Part shown: positions 16,088-23,426 of the stretch, one piece after another
Position numbering within the stretch: the first letter of the stretch is position 1
Layout of the letters: every line of letters starts with the position of its first letter
Source of the DNA: Elusimicrobiota bacterium
GTDB lineage: Bacteria > Elusimicrobiota > Elusimicrobia > Elusimicrobiales > UBA9959
NCBI GenBank assembly: GCA_037137395.1
Contig: JBAXKK010000036.1
Coordinates: forward strand, 1 to 23,426
DNA: 23,426 nucleotides
Direction: 5' to 3'
Translations under genes and position numbers: made by a program
Notes under the pieces: generated by a model
Told to the model about the DNA's origin: nothing
What the model saw: only the letters and a program-made list of their open reading frames with translations
Databases searched by the model: none

Positions 16088-17607
16088 AAGTGTTATTTGT
16101 TCAGAATGTGGGGGAAAATCTGGGCGTGGAATATGTCTCCGCGGTCCTGAAGGGCCTAGGACATGAGACGTTCCTGGCCTTTGATCCCGCCATCGGCGAC
16201 AACTTCCGATTCAGGAGCGAGGCCGTAAAGAGTGTTTTCAGCTATGACGAAGCTATTGTGCGGCGTGTGAGGCAGCTCGCTCCGGATTTGATATGTTTTT
16301 CAGTCTATTCCGACACCTATCAGTGGGCTAAAAGACTGGCTGGAAAGCTTAAGAAGGAATGCGCCTCCCCAATACTTTTCGGCGGACATCACGCCACCGC
16401 CGCCGGCGAAGAAATTATAAAAGAAGAGAATGTTGATTATGTGTGCGTCGGAGAAGGTGAACCAGCCATCCCGGAGCTGATGGACCGGCTGGCCAGAGGC
16501 GGTGAGGACCCCGCGGCGCCATTTTCTGCTAATATTATATTTAAACACAACGGAGCCCCCATCTTCCCGCTGACGGTAAAGTTTGTGGAGGACCTGAATG
16601 CCCTGCCTTTGCCGGACAAGGGCCTGTTCTACAGGGAACACCCCGCGCTTGTGCGTGACCCCTACGCGGTGGTTACCAGCCGGTCCTGCATATTTGAATG
16701 CAGTTACTGCCATAACAGTTATTTAAGTCTGATATACGGGACCTCCCGTCATAAAGCGAGGAGGCGGAGTCCCGCGAACGTAATAAACGAGCTCCTCCGT
16801 GCGAAAGTTGAATTTAATATCAAAAGGGTCGCATTTTTCGACGATTTGTTCATTCATGACGCCGATTGGCTGAAAGATTTTCTGGCTCAGTACCGGGAAA
16901 AGATAGGTCTTCCGTTCTTCTGCACAGTTCACAGTCGGTTCCTTACCCCGGAAACCGTCGCGCTTTTGGAAAGCTCCGGTTGCGGCAGCGTGAATTTCGG
17001 GATTCAGACGATAAGCGAGCGGGTCAGAATAAAGGTACTCAATCGTTTCGAAGAAACCGCGCGGATACAGCGGGGAGTGGAATTGCTGGGCAGGACCAGG
17101 ATCTTCCTGTACACTAATGTTATTTTCGGCCTGCCGGGAGAGACCGAGGACGAGACGCTCGAAACAGTCAAATTCCTGAACGCCTGCAGGCCGGACTTTG
17201 CGGATTCAAACTGGCTTCGGTACTATCCTAAGACCAGGATCACGGAGTTTGCGGCCGAAGCCTCCCTGCTGACCCCGGAGCAGTTGTCCGGTATCGGGGC
17301 CGGCGCGCAAAGTCTCCCTTATTCACTGGGCGGACATACGAAGACTCAGGCCAACGCCAGGATCAGGAACCTTTTATGTCTTGTGAATTTTTTACCCAGA
17401 CGGATGGTGGAAACAATAATCGTGCGCAGGCTGTACCGCTGCCTGCCAGCGTTCGATCTTCGCGGGATTTGCGCGCTATGCAATATTGTATTCCAGAAAT
17501 ATTTCAGGGGTAAAAAATTCCCTTATCCCCATGTGTCCGCTCTTGAACTTCTAAAATTCAACGCGAAGTATGTTTTCAGGCGCGTTAAGGATATGACTTG
17601 TGCTTAA
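16084..17607 (+). CDS. Cobalamin-binding radical SAM protein, group B
   Basis: ENLGVEYVSAVLK, PDLICFSV, FGGHHAT, GEGE, TSRSCIFECSYC, FFDDLF, FGLPGET and LRYYPKT. ATGA coupling. Confidence 0.93.
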   Translation: MKVLFVQNVGENLGVEYVSAVLKGLGHETFLAFDPAIGDNFRFRSEAVKSVFSYDEAIVRRVRQLAPDLICFSVYSDTYQWAKRLAGKLKKECASPILFGGHHATAAGEEIIKEENVDYVCVGEGEPAIPELMDRLARGGEDPAAPFSANIIFKHNGAPIFPLTVKFVEDLNALPLPDKGLFYREHPALVRDPYAVVTSRSCIFECSYCHNSYLSLIYGTSRHKARRRSPANVINELLRAKVEFNIKRVAFFDDLFIHDADWLKDFLAQYREKIGLPFFCTVHSRFLTPETVALLESSGCGSVNFGIQTISERVRIKVLNRFEETARIQRGVELLGRTRIFLYTNVIFGLPGETEDETLETVKFLNACRPDFADSNWLRYYPKTRITEFAAEASLLTPEQLSGIGAGAQSLPYSLGGHTKTQANARIRNLLCLVNFLPRRMVETIIVRRLYRCLPAFDLRGICALCNIVFQKYFRGKKFPYPHVSALELLKFNAKYVFRRVKDMTCA

Positions 17608-18622
17608 ATCACATAATGAATTGATCCTTGTAACGGGAGCCACGGGCTTCATCGGTAAAAATCTGGTAACAGAACTGGCAGGCAGAGGGTTAAATGTGAG
17701 GTGTTTCGTGCGGGCTGGCAGCGACTGTTCTCTGCTGAAGCGGCTTAATGTAGAGATCGCAGTTGGAGATCTGCTCGATCCGCCCTCCATCCTCAGGGCT
17801 TTGGAGGGGGTGAGCGTTGTTTATCATCTGGCGGCGACGGTAAGACCGGCGGGCTCTATATACTCTAAGGGCGGCTTCGGGCGTCTTTGTTTCCGGACCA
17901 ATGTGGACGGCGCCATGAATCTGGCCAGGGCATGTCTCGCAAAAAAAGTGGAGCGCCTGGTTCATTACAGCAGCGTGGCAAGCGCGGGGCCGGGCGTTAA
18001 TATTACCGAGGACTGCGCCTCCAGACCCTTTTCCGTTTATGGCAGGAGCAAACTTGAAGGAGAGCAACAGATCCTCGGCCTCTTTAAAAGCTTTGGTCTG
18101 CCGGTGACCGTAATCAGACCAGGTATGGTCTACGGTCCGCACAGCGGCGCCTGGCGGATGCTGTTCAGGCTTGTGAATCTGGGTTTTTCCTTGTCGATAA
18201 AAGGAACGGAGATCCGTATGCCGATGTGCTATGTCGGCAATCTGATAGAGGCCACTATCGCTATCGGTGAAACTGGTAAATCGGGAGAAGTGTATTTCGT
18301 ATCCGATGAAAGCCGGTCCTTCGGGGAAACTGTGGAGATGGTGGGAATCGCTCTTGGGAAAAAGAGCAAACCCCGCGATATCTCAGTAAGCAAAAACCTG
18401 GTAAAATTTTGTTTGCGTGTAAAGGAATCCTTTGAGGCGCTGATACGCTTGGACATATTCCCCTTCAGGGTCAGTTTCGATTCAGAACTGCTGGCGGCCA
18501 TGCCTATTAACTGGAGCTGCGACACTTCCAAGCTGCTTCGGTTGGGCTATGTAAGGAAATTTACGGCCAGTGAAGGCATAGCCTTAAGCGTGGAATGGTT
18601 TCGGCGGAACAAACTTCTTTAA
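17600..18622 (+). CDS. NAD-dependent epimerase/dehydratase (extended SDR)
   Basis: LVTGATGFIG Rossmann motif, VYHLAA, HYSS, catalytic YGRSK and RPGMVYGP. Confidence 0.92.
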   Translation: MLKSHNELILVTGATGFIGKNLVTELAGRGLNVRCFVRAGSDCSLLKRLNVEIAVGDLLDPPSILRALEGVSVVYHLAATVRPAGSIYSKGGFGRLCFRTNVDGAMNLARACLAKKVERLVHYSSVASAGPGVNITEDCASRPFSVYGRSKLEGEQQILGLFKSFGLPVTVIRPGMVYGPHSGAWRMLFRLVNLGFSLSIKGTEIRMPMCYVGNLIEATIAIGETGKSGEVYFVSDESRSFGETVEMVGIALGKKSKPRDISVSKNLVKFCLRVKESFEALIRLDIFPFRVSFDSELLAAMPINWSCDTSKLLRLGYVRKFTASEGIALSVEWFRRNKLL

Positions 18623-18628
18623 ACTTCT

Positions 18629-20236
18629 ATGTACTTTTCTTTTCTCATTTTAATTGTGGTGATCTACGCTAACTTCGTAGGGCGCCAGTTCATATTTGAC
18701 CCCGCTTACTGCCTGTACCCGGATTCCCTGAATCTCTATTTTTACAACAGTGTTTCCGCGGCTAATTTGTACGCGAAAGACGTTTTCCTGGCCTATGCGC
18801 TCCAGGCCCGCCAGCAAAACCCGATAGCCTCGTATTCGCTGGTGGTGGATCTTTACGCTTTCCTGGCCAAGTATTTAAATATGGTCCTGATATTAAAAAG
18901 CGTATCTGTCGCGGCGTCTCTGGGTTGCTGCGCGCTCGTGCACAGGATAGGGCTTGTGATTTACAAAAGACCTCAAGCCGCGAAATTGCTGTGCGCGGTG
19001 TTCTGTGTTTACTTCCTTTCCATGGATTCGCTCTATCACGGGCAGCCCCGGACCTTCGGGATCCTGATATTCTGTCTCTTTATGTATTCACTCTTTACGA
19101 AAAGATTTTGCGCCCTGCCGGTTTTTATTATTTTAGCCTGGGCGTTTTATCCGCCGATCCTGCCGCTTATCTGCGCCTCGTGCGTTCTGGTGTTCTTCGC
19201 ATACGGGCCAAACTGGGCTCCGGGACTTAAACGGGCTTATGTCGCGCTGTTCGGGGCGTTCGCGCTGCTGGCGGCCGCCGTAGTCCTCGGCACTTACAAC
19301 GGCATGGATATCAGCAGCTACCAGATGTACAAGTTTTCCGGATTCCTCGGCCACGCAGCTGTTCTTCCAGACCCGATACGGTTTACGGCGTATTTTATCC
19401 TTAACTTGAACGAGCATAGCGAACTTTACAGGTATTTCACAATATTCTTTCTGCTGCTCGCCGGCATCTTTCTGTTGCGGGGAAAACTGAGTCTGCTAAA
19501 GAATATGCCCGGAGAGATAAAAACAGTTCTAGTCGGTTCTGCTGCGGCATTCATCCTTGTAGCCGGGTTTTCCCTGCCCACGGCTGCACGACAATTTGTA
19601 TTCACCATCCCTTTCGCGTTAACATTCGTGATTGTGGGTTATATGCTCCGCTGGACTGACAGCAGGCTCAAAACTGCCAGCTATATTGTTTTAACGGCTT
19701 TCGTGCTGCTGCATCCGCTTTACAACGATATTAAGAGCTTTTCAAAATATAAACTTGTCTATGAATATCTCAACCGGCAGGATCCCCAGGCCCTTATCGC
19801 GGGCCATCCGGACAGCGAGCTGATCTATTCTATTCCCTTTTTTGCCAAACGTCCTGTGGTCTCTTTTAAAGATATGGCGCAATTCCCCTTCAATCAACGC
19901 GCTATGCTGGATATACGGCGCAGATATGAGAACAGCCTGGCTTTTTTCTACGCCGATTCTGCCGCCGGAGCGGAGAAATTTATAGCAGAATACAAGCCGG
20001 ATTTAATTATCATAGAAAACTCGTTTTATTTCGGCGATACGGCCCGCTCCTATACGGAAAGAGGCGGAACGCTACCCGTTCCGGGGAAACGTTTTTGGCC
20101 GGCCTATGCACTAACACACTGTGATTTCAGTATAAGAACGGATGACGATGAAATCTGTGTAATTAAAACGAATTTGTCTGTTCCGGACGCTGCGCGCGCC
20201 CGTTCGGCTATTGCGCGGCAAGCGCAAGTTCCTTAA
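18629..20236 (+). CDS. Polytopic membrane protein with soluble C-terminal domain, possibly a GT-C-fold transferase
   Basis: About 10 hydrophobic segments by eye, an Asp-containing loop after the first helix (FDPAYCLYPDS...AKDVF) and a hydrophilic C-terminal domain of about 170 aa. The fold assignment is inferred from topology only. Confidence 0.6.
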   Translation: MYFSFLILIVVIYANFVGRQFIFDPAYCLYPDSLNLYFYNSVSAANLYAKDVFLAYALQARQQNPIASYSLVVDLYAFLAKYLNMVLILKSVSVAASLGCCALVHRIGLVIYKRPQAAKLLCAVFCVYFLSMDSLYHGQPRTFGILIFCLFMYSLFTKRFCALPVFIILAWAFYPPILPLICASCVLVFFAYGPNWAPGLKRAYVALFGAFALLAAAVVLGTYNGMDISSYQMYKFSGFLGHAAVLPDPIRFTAYFILNLNEHSELYRYFTIFFLLLAGIFLLRGKLSLLKNMPGEIKTVLVGSAAAFILVAGFSLPTAARQFVFTIPFALTFVIVGYMLRWTDSRLKTASYIVLTAFVLLHPLYNDIKSFSKYKLVYEYLNRQDPQALIAGHPDSELIYSIPFFAKRPVVSFKDMAQFPFNQRAMLDIRRRYENSLAFFYADSAAGAEKFIAEYKPDLIIIENSFYFGDTARSYTERGGTLPVPGKRFWPAYALTHCDFSIRTDDDEICVIKTNLSVPDAARARSAIARQAQVP

Positions 20237-20241
20237 TTTTA

Positions 20242-21300
20242 TTATTTGCCGGCGTGCCGGCGTATGAGCGGCCCGATCTTAACCAGTAGAGACAGAGGCA
20301 AATGTTTCAGCAGTAATCTGGCCGGGGCGAAGCGCTTCTGCTCCGGATCCATTTCCAGGTTGACCCCCGCGCGATATTGCCTGAAATAATACTTTATAGG
20401 GAATTCTTTCCCGCCCCACTTTTGCTTATGCTCATGGACTCCTGAGCCAGGTCGTGTCCGCATAAGATCGTACGCGCGCAAATTGGCGCCGCAGGCGGAA
20501 CGTATGGTTTCGTCGAAGAGCCGTATCTTGGGAAAGAATTCCTCAAGTTCCTGGTTTCCGGAGTTGATGTCCGCGAAGCGGGTGCCGTCATGCTCCAGGG
20601 TGAACAGCATGGCCGCCGGGCACCCGTTCACACGGGCTATGAACAACCGCCCAAGCCCTTCCTTCAGAAGATGCGTAAAGTACACGACCGGGAGCGGCGG
20701 GGAGCCGAATTCGCGCATCTGCCGCACGTAAATGTCGTATACGCCAACCATCTCTTCCGGCTCGCGGGTATCCGCAACCGAGACATATTTGTCGGCTTTC
20801 CTTAGATTTTTGATGAGGTTTGTCTGGAAGCGTTCGCGAAGGGCTGCGTATGGTGAAGAGGTGTTCAGCACAAAACGGGTATAAGGCGAAGCGCAAATAA
20901 ACCTTTCATCACTCTCCCCTTTCGGGAAAAGAATTTCCGTTCCCCGCAGTTCCGCGTAGTCAGCGCCGAGTTCCCCGGCGTCTTTATCCAGAACTTCCGT
21001 AACGGCGTCCCTCACCGCCTTCATGCTTTGCGCGTCCGGAGTTTCGCCGGGTTTGAACCATAGCGCTCCTTCATCCGAGAAAGGCATCGAGACGAGCCTT
21101 GTGCCGAATACGGGGGAGCGGACTACGGCGTACATGAATCCGCCTATACGCCCGGAACCCCGCCTAATGGAAAAAGTTTTTACTTCGTAACCGAAAACTT
21201 TCCGGCAGAGGCTAATCCACGCGGGGCTGCAGCAGTATGGGACAGCCTCATCCTTTTCGGGAATGGCGGAGTTGAGGTCTTCGGTTACGAGGCTTATCAT
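20242..21300 (-). CDS. FemAB-related GNAT-fold acyl/aminoacyl transferase (XrtA/PEP-CTERM-associated type)
   Basis: SPVFGTRLVSMPFSDEG, YAELRG, KNLRKA, MREFGSPP, YDLMRTRPGSGVHEHKQKWG and IGPLIRRH. ATG 21300 gives an ATGA overlap with the upstream stop; 21327 is an alternative start. Confidence 0.87.
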   Translation of the reverse strand: MISLVTEDLNSAIPEKDEAVPYCCSPAWISLCRKVFGYEVKTFSIRRGSGRIGGFMYAVVRSPVFGTRLVSMPFSDEGALWFKPGETPDAQSMKAVRDAVTEVLDKDAGELGADYAELRGTEILFPKGESDERFICASPYTRFVLNTSSPYAALRERFQTNLIKNLRKADKYVSVADTREPEEMVGVYDIYVRQMREFGSPPLPVVYFTHLLKEGLGRLFIARVNGCPAAMLFTLEHDGTRFADINSGNQELEEFFPKIRLFDETIRSACGANLRAYDLMRTRPGSGVHEHKQKWGGKEFPIKYYFRQYRAGVNLEMDPEQKRFAPARLLLKHLPLSLLVKIGPLIRRHAGK

Positions 21301-22793
21301 AGCGCGGGTGAAAATAGTTTCTGCCATAGACTCTTAAACTTGAGCTTCATGAAATAGCGGTACCTGCGCAGAAACTGACCGGTATTAAAATCATAGGCCG
21401 GCCTTTTTAAGAGACGGGTCAATATTCTGAGGAGGATATTGCCGGGCAGGAATTTCATCAGGAAAGTATTCCTGACCAGGCCTTTTCTTATGGCCGCGGG
21501 GAGAAGAGGTAATATAAGGAACAACGTGAAAAATCTGTCGAGTTCTGGCTGTGTTCCCGTAGGGCGGCTGATGATCCCTGACGGCCCCTCTCCGGCATCT
21601 ATCGCCGCCAGTTCTGCAGGCTTCAAAAGTCCCTCCTCCGCTGTTTTTATCGTCAATTCCGTGCCGGGATAATATTTAAGAAAAAACACCTCATTCTGGT
21701 CCGGAGTGTGTTCCGCATAAAAACCGGCCAGGTTCAGCAGATCTTTTTGCGTGTCTCCCGGCAAGCCTAAAATAGAATCACATACCGTGTACACGTTTTC
21801 ACGCCGGAGCATATCTATTGCGGCGGCTATTTTTTTATTGGAAGAGGGCCGCTTAAGCGTTTCAAGGCGGCGTCCTCCGTCGAAAGTCTGAACGCCGAGC
21901 TGGATTTTGAAACAACCGGCTTCTTTCAGAAGCCCGGCTGTTTTAGCATCCAGAAGGTCGGGATAAATAAAGCAGGAGAACGGCAGGCCTATCTCAGTCT
22001 TATAGCGCGGGAGAAAAGTCTCAAGCCAGGCCGTGTCCCGGTTGAAGACCTCATCGGTAAAGTGGACGAACCCGGGCCGCCATTTTTCCTTGGCGAGTGC
22101 GAGTTCTTTAAGTACATGTCCGGGACTTCTGCTCCTGGCGTATTTTCGTCCTCCATAAAGCCGCGCGTAGATATTGTTGGCGCAATACGCGCAGGCGAAG
22201 GGGCAACCCCGGGAGGCAGAGATAAGGTAGCCGCCGTTAAAAAACGAATAGCTCGAATAAAAAATATCCTTGTCGGAAAATTCAAGGGAGTCCAGGTCCA
22301 GCGGCGGGGCTGTCTCGCCCTTTATAACGGCTCCGTCCTTCTTCGACCAGATATTCGCTATGGGGGGTGAATCCTTAGCGGCCAAAGCCAGGGCCAGGGC
22401 CGGCAGAGCGCGGTCGCCCTCGCCCACACAGACATAATCCACGCAGTTGTGTGAGATTACTTTTTCAGGGACGCTGGTGGGATGTATGCCGCCGAAGACC
22501 ACGGGGACGCCCAGCTCTTTTTTAGCGGCGTCGGCCCAGCTCAGGGCCCAGCGGTAATTGTCAGTAAAAACCGAAAAGCAAAGGAGATCGGGCTTTTCGG
22601 CTTTTAGGAGAGCCATGGCTTCGTTCTTGAAATCAAAAAAATGCGCGGGGCCCTTCAGCCGCCAGAAACCGCTTTCATTAAACAGACATGGATCTATGAC
22701 CAGGCTGGTCTCAATGCCGGCTTTTTTAAGGGCGGCTGAAAGAGCCTCCACGGCGAGGCTTTCGTAGCCATTGTGGAGGAAAGTGACTTTCAT
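21297..22793 (-). CDS. Cobalamin-binding radical SAM protein, group B
   Basis: ATG 22793 (MKVTFLHNGYESLAVEALSAALK) overlaps the upstream stop (ATGA). Motifs PDLLCFSV, FGGIHPT, GEGD, ASRGCPFACAYC, FTDEVF, LGLPGDT and LKYYPGT. Confidence 0.93.
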   Translation of the reverse strand: MKVTFLHNGYESLAVEALSAALKKAGIETSLVIDPCLFNESGFWRLKGPAHFFDFKNEAMALLKAEKPDLLCFSVFTDNYRWALSWADAAKKELGVPVVFGGIHPTSVPEKVISHNCVDYVCVGEGDRALPALALALAAKDSPPIANIWSKKDGAVIKGETAPPLDLDSLEFSDKDIFYSSYSFFNGGYLISASRGCPFACAYCANNIYARLYGGRKYARSRSPGHVLKELALAKEKWRPGFVHFTDEVFNRDTAWLETFLPRYKTEIGLPFSCFIYPDLLDAKTAGLLKEAGCFKIQLGVQTFDGGRRLETLKRPSSNKKIAAAIDMLRRENVYTVCDSILGLPGDTQKDLLNLAGFYAEHTPDQNEVFFLKYYPGTELTIKTAEEGLLKPAELAAIDAGEGPSGIISRPTGTQPELDRFFTLFLILPLLPAAIRKGLVRNTFLMKFLPGNILLRILTRLLKRPAYDFNTGQFLRRYRYFMKLKFKSLWQKLFSPAL

Positions 22794-23426
22794 TCTTTTT
22801 TTGATTGGACGCGCCCGGCCACGGCCTCGGCGCTCTGAAGGCACTCTTCCATGTCCAGGTAAGAGTGAGCTCCGGTTCTGCCGCAAAGTTCCAGGTTGCG
22901 ATATTCAGAGAGCGCGGTTTTAATATTTTCAAGCGGGGCTTCGAAGCCGGCATAAAGCAGCGGGTAGGCGTGGGGAAGTCTTACCGCGGTAAAATCCATA
23001 GTCTCAAAGGCGCCGAAAAGTTTCATTGCCCTCAGGGAACATTCGGTTTCTTTAAGCAAGTCAGCGTCTTTCATGCGCCATATTCTGTCACCTTCATCGC
23101 AGAATATCTCGAAGGTTACAGGCAGGGTACCGCCCGAGCCAGCCATGGAAGGGCTCCAATTGGAAAGCTCGCAGGCGCGGGAAAAGAAAATTTCCTTTTC
23201 AGGAAAATAGATCCAATGGTCCCTGAGCGGCGCCGGACGTTTCATGGCGGCGAACAGGACTATAAGCGAGCGGTATTTTACTCCAGGGCCGGAAACTGAA
23301 AGGCCCGGGTTGTCCTTAAACAGTGGCGCCAGTCCGGTGAGCGGGATCGTGGATATCACATGGCGGCACGAGGCCTTGCGCGTTCTCCCGCCCTGTTCGA
23401 ACAGGACAGATTTTATTTTACCCCTA
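22790..23426 (-). CDS. C-terminal part of an FAD-dependent oxidoreductase (protoporphyrinogen oxidase/UDP-galactopyranose mutase-like), truncated by the window edge
   Basis: The frame stays open to the right edge (...GKIKSVLFEQGGRTRKASCRHVISTIPL). Motifs YRSLIV, DHWIYFPE, NWSPSM, HAYP and LCGRTGAHSYLDMEEC. Confidence 0.78.
   Translation of the reverse strand, partial: RGKIKSVLFEQGGRTRKASCRHVISTIPLTGLAPLFKDNPGLSVSGPGVKYRSLIVLFAAMKRPAPLRDHWIYFPEKEIFFSRACELSNWSPSMAGSGGTLPVTFEIFCDEGDRIWRMKDADLLKETECSLRAMKLFGAFETMDFTAVRLPHAYPLLYAGFEAPLENIKTALSEYRNLELCGRTGAHSYLDMEECLQSAEAVAGRVQSKKE

Noticed and set aside
17600..18622. Hopanoid locus (hpnA/hpnJ/hpnP-like assignment)
   Set aside because: The SDR and B12 radical SAM families are generic, and no squalene-hopene cyclase or other hpn core gene is present in the window.
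22794..22886. 31-aa N-terminal extension of the last B12 radical SAM protein
   Set aside because: It overlaps the upstream gene; ATG 22793 gives ATGA coupling and matches the paralog N-termini.
1..23426. CRISPR array, tRNA/rRNA, IS or integrase, His-Xaa-Ser repeat peptide
   Set aside because: No regularly spaced repeats, RNA-gene signatures, transposase or recombinase motifs, or HxS-repeat ORF were seen; nearly all sequence is explained by CDSs.

Overview
A densely packed, mostly translationally coupled biosynthetic locus, very rich in Fe-S enzymes and open at both edges. It encodes 10 radical SAM proteins: five with an N-terminal cobalamin-binding domain (two paralog groups), three with SPASM/twitch-type tails, and two related proteins with a CxxC-x5-C tail resembling the HxsC-like clade. 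It also encodes two tandem copies of a long+short U32-family (UbiU/UbiV-like) gene pair. Mixed in are envelope/glycan-tailoring genes: an asparagine-synthetase-like ligase lacking the N-terminal catalytic Cys, a polysaccharide deacetylase and a FemAB-like GNAT (types found in XrtA/PEP-CTERM EPS loci), an NAD-dependent epimerase, a polytopic GT-C-like membrane protein and a partial flavoprotein. A minus-strand run is interrupted by a 9.2-kb plus-strand block (11020-20236). A 75-bp, 88%-identical direct repeat of the deacetylase 3' end brackets one B12 radical SAM gene; excising the 1545 bp between the copies would give an in-frame deacetylase-radical SAM fusion. Best inference: an undescribed O2-independent tailoring pathway (methylation, hydroxylation, amidation) for a surface glycan or glycolipid; a RiPP pathway with its precursor outside the window is the alternative. 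No RNA genes, CRISPR arrays or transposases were seen. Family calls come from motif reading, not database searches.
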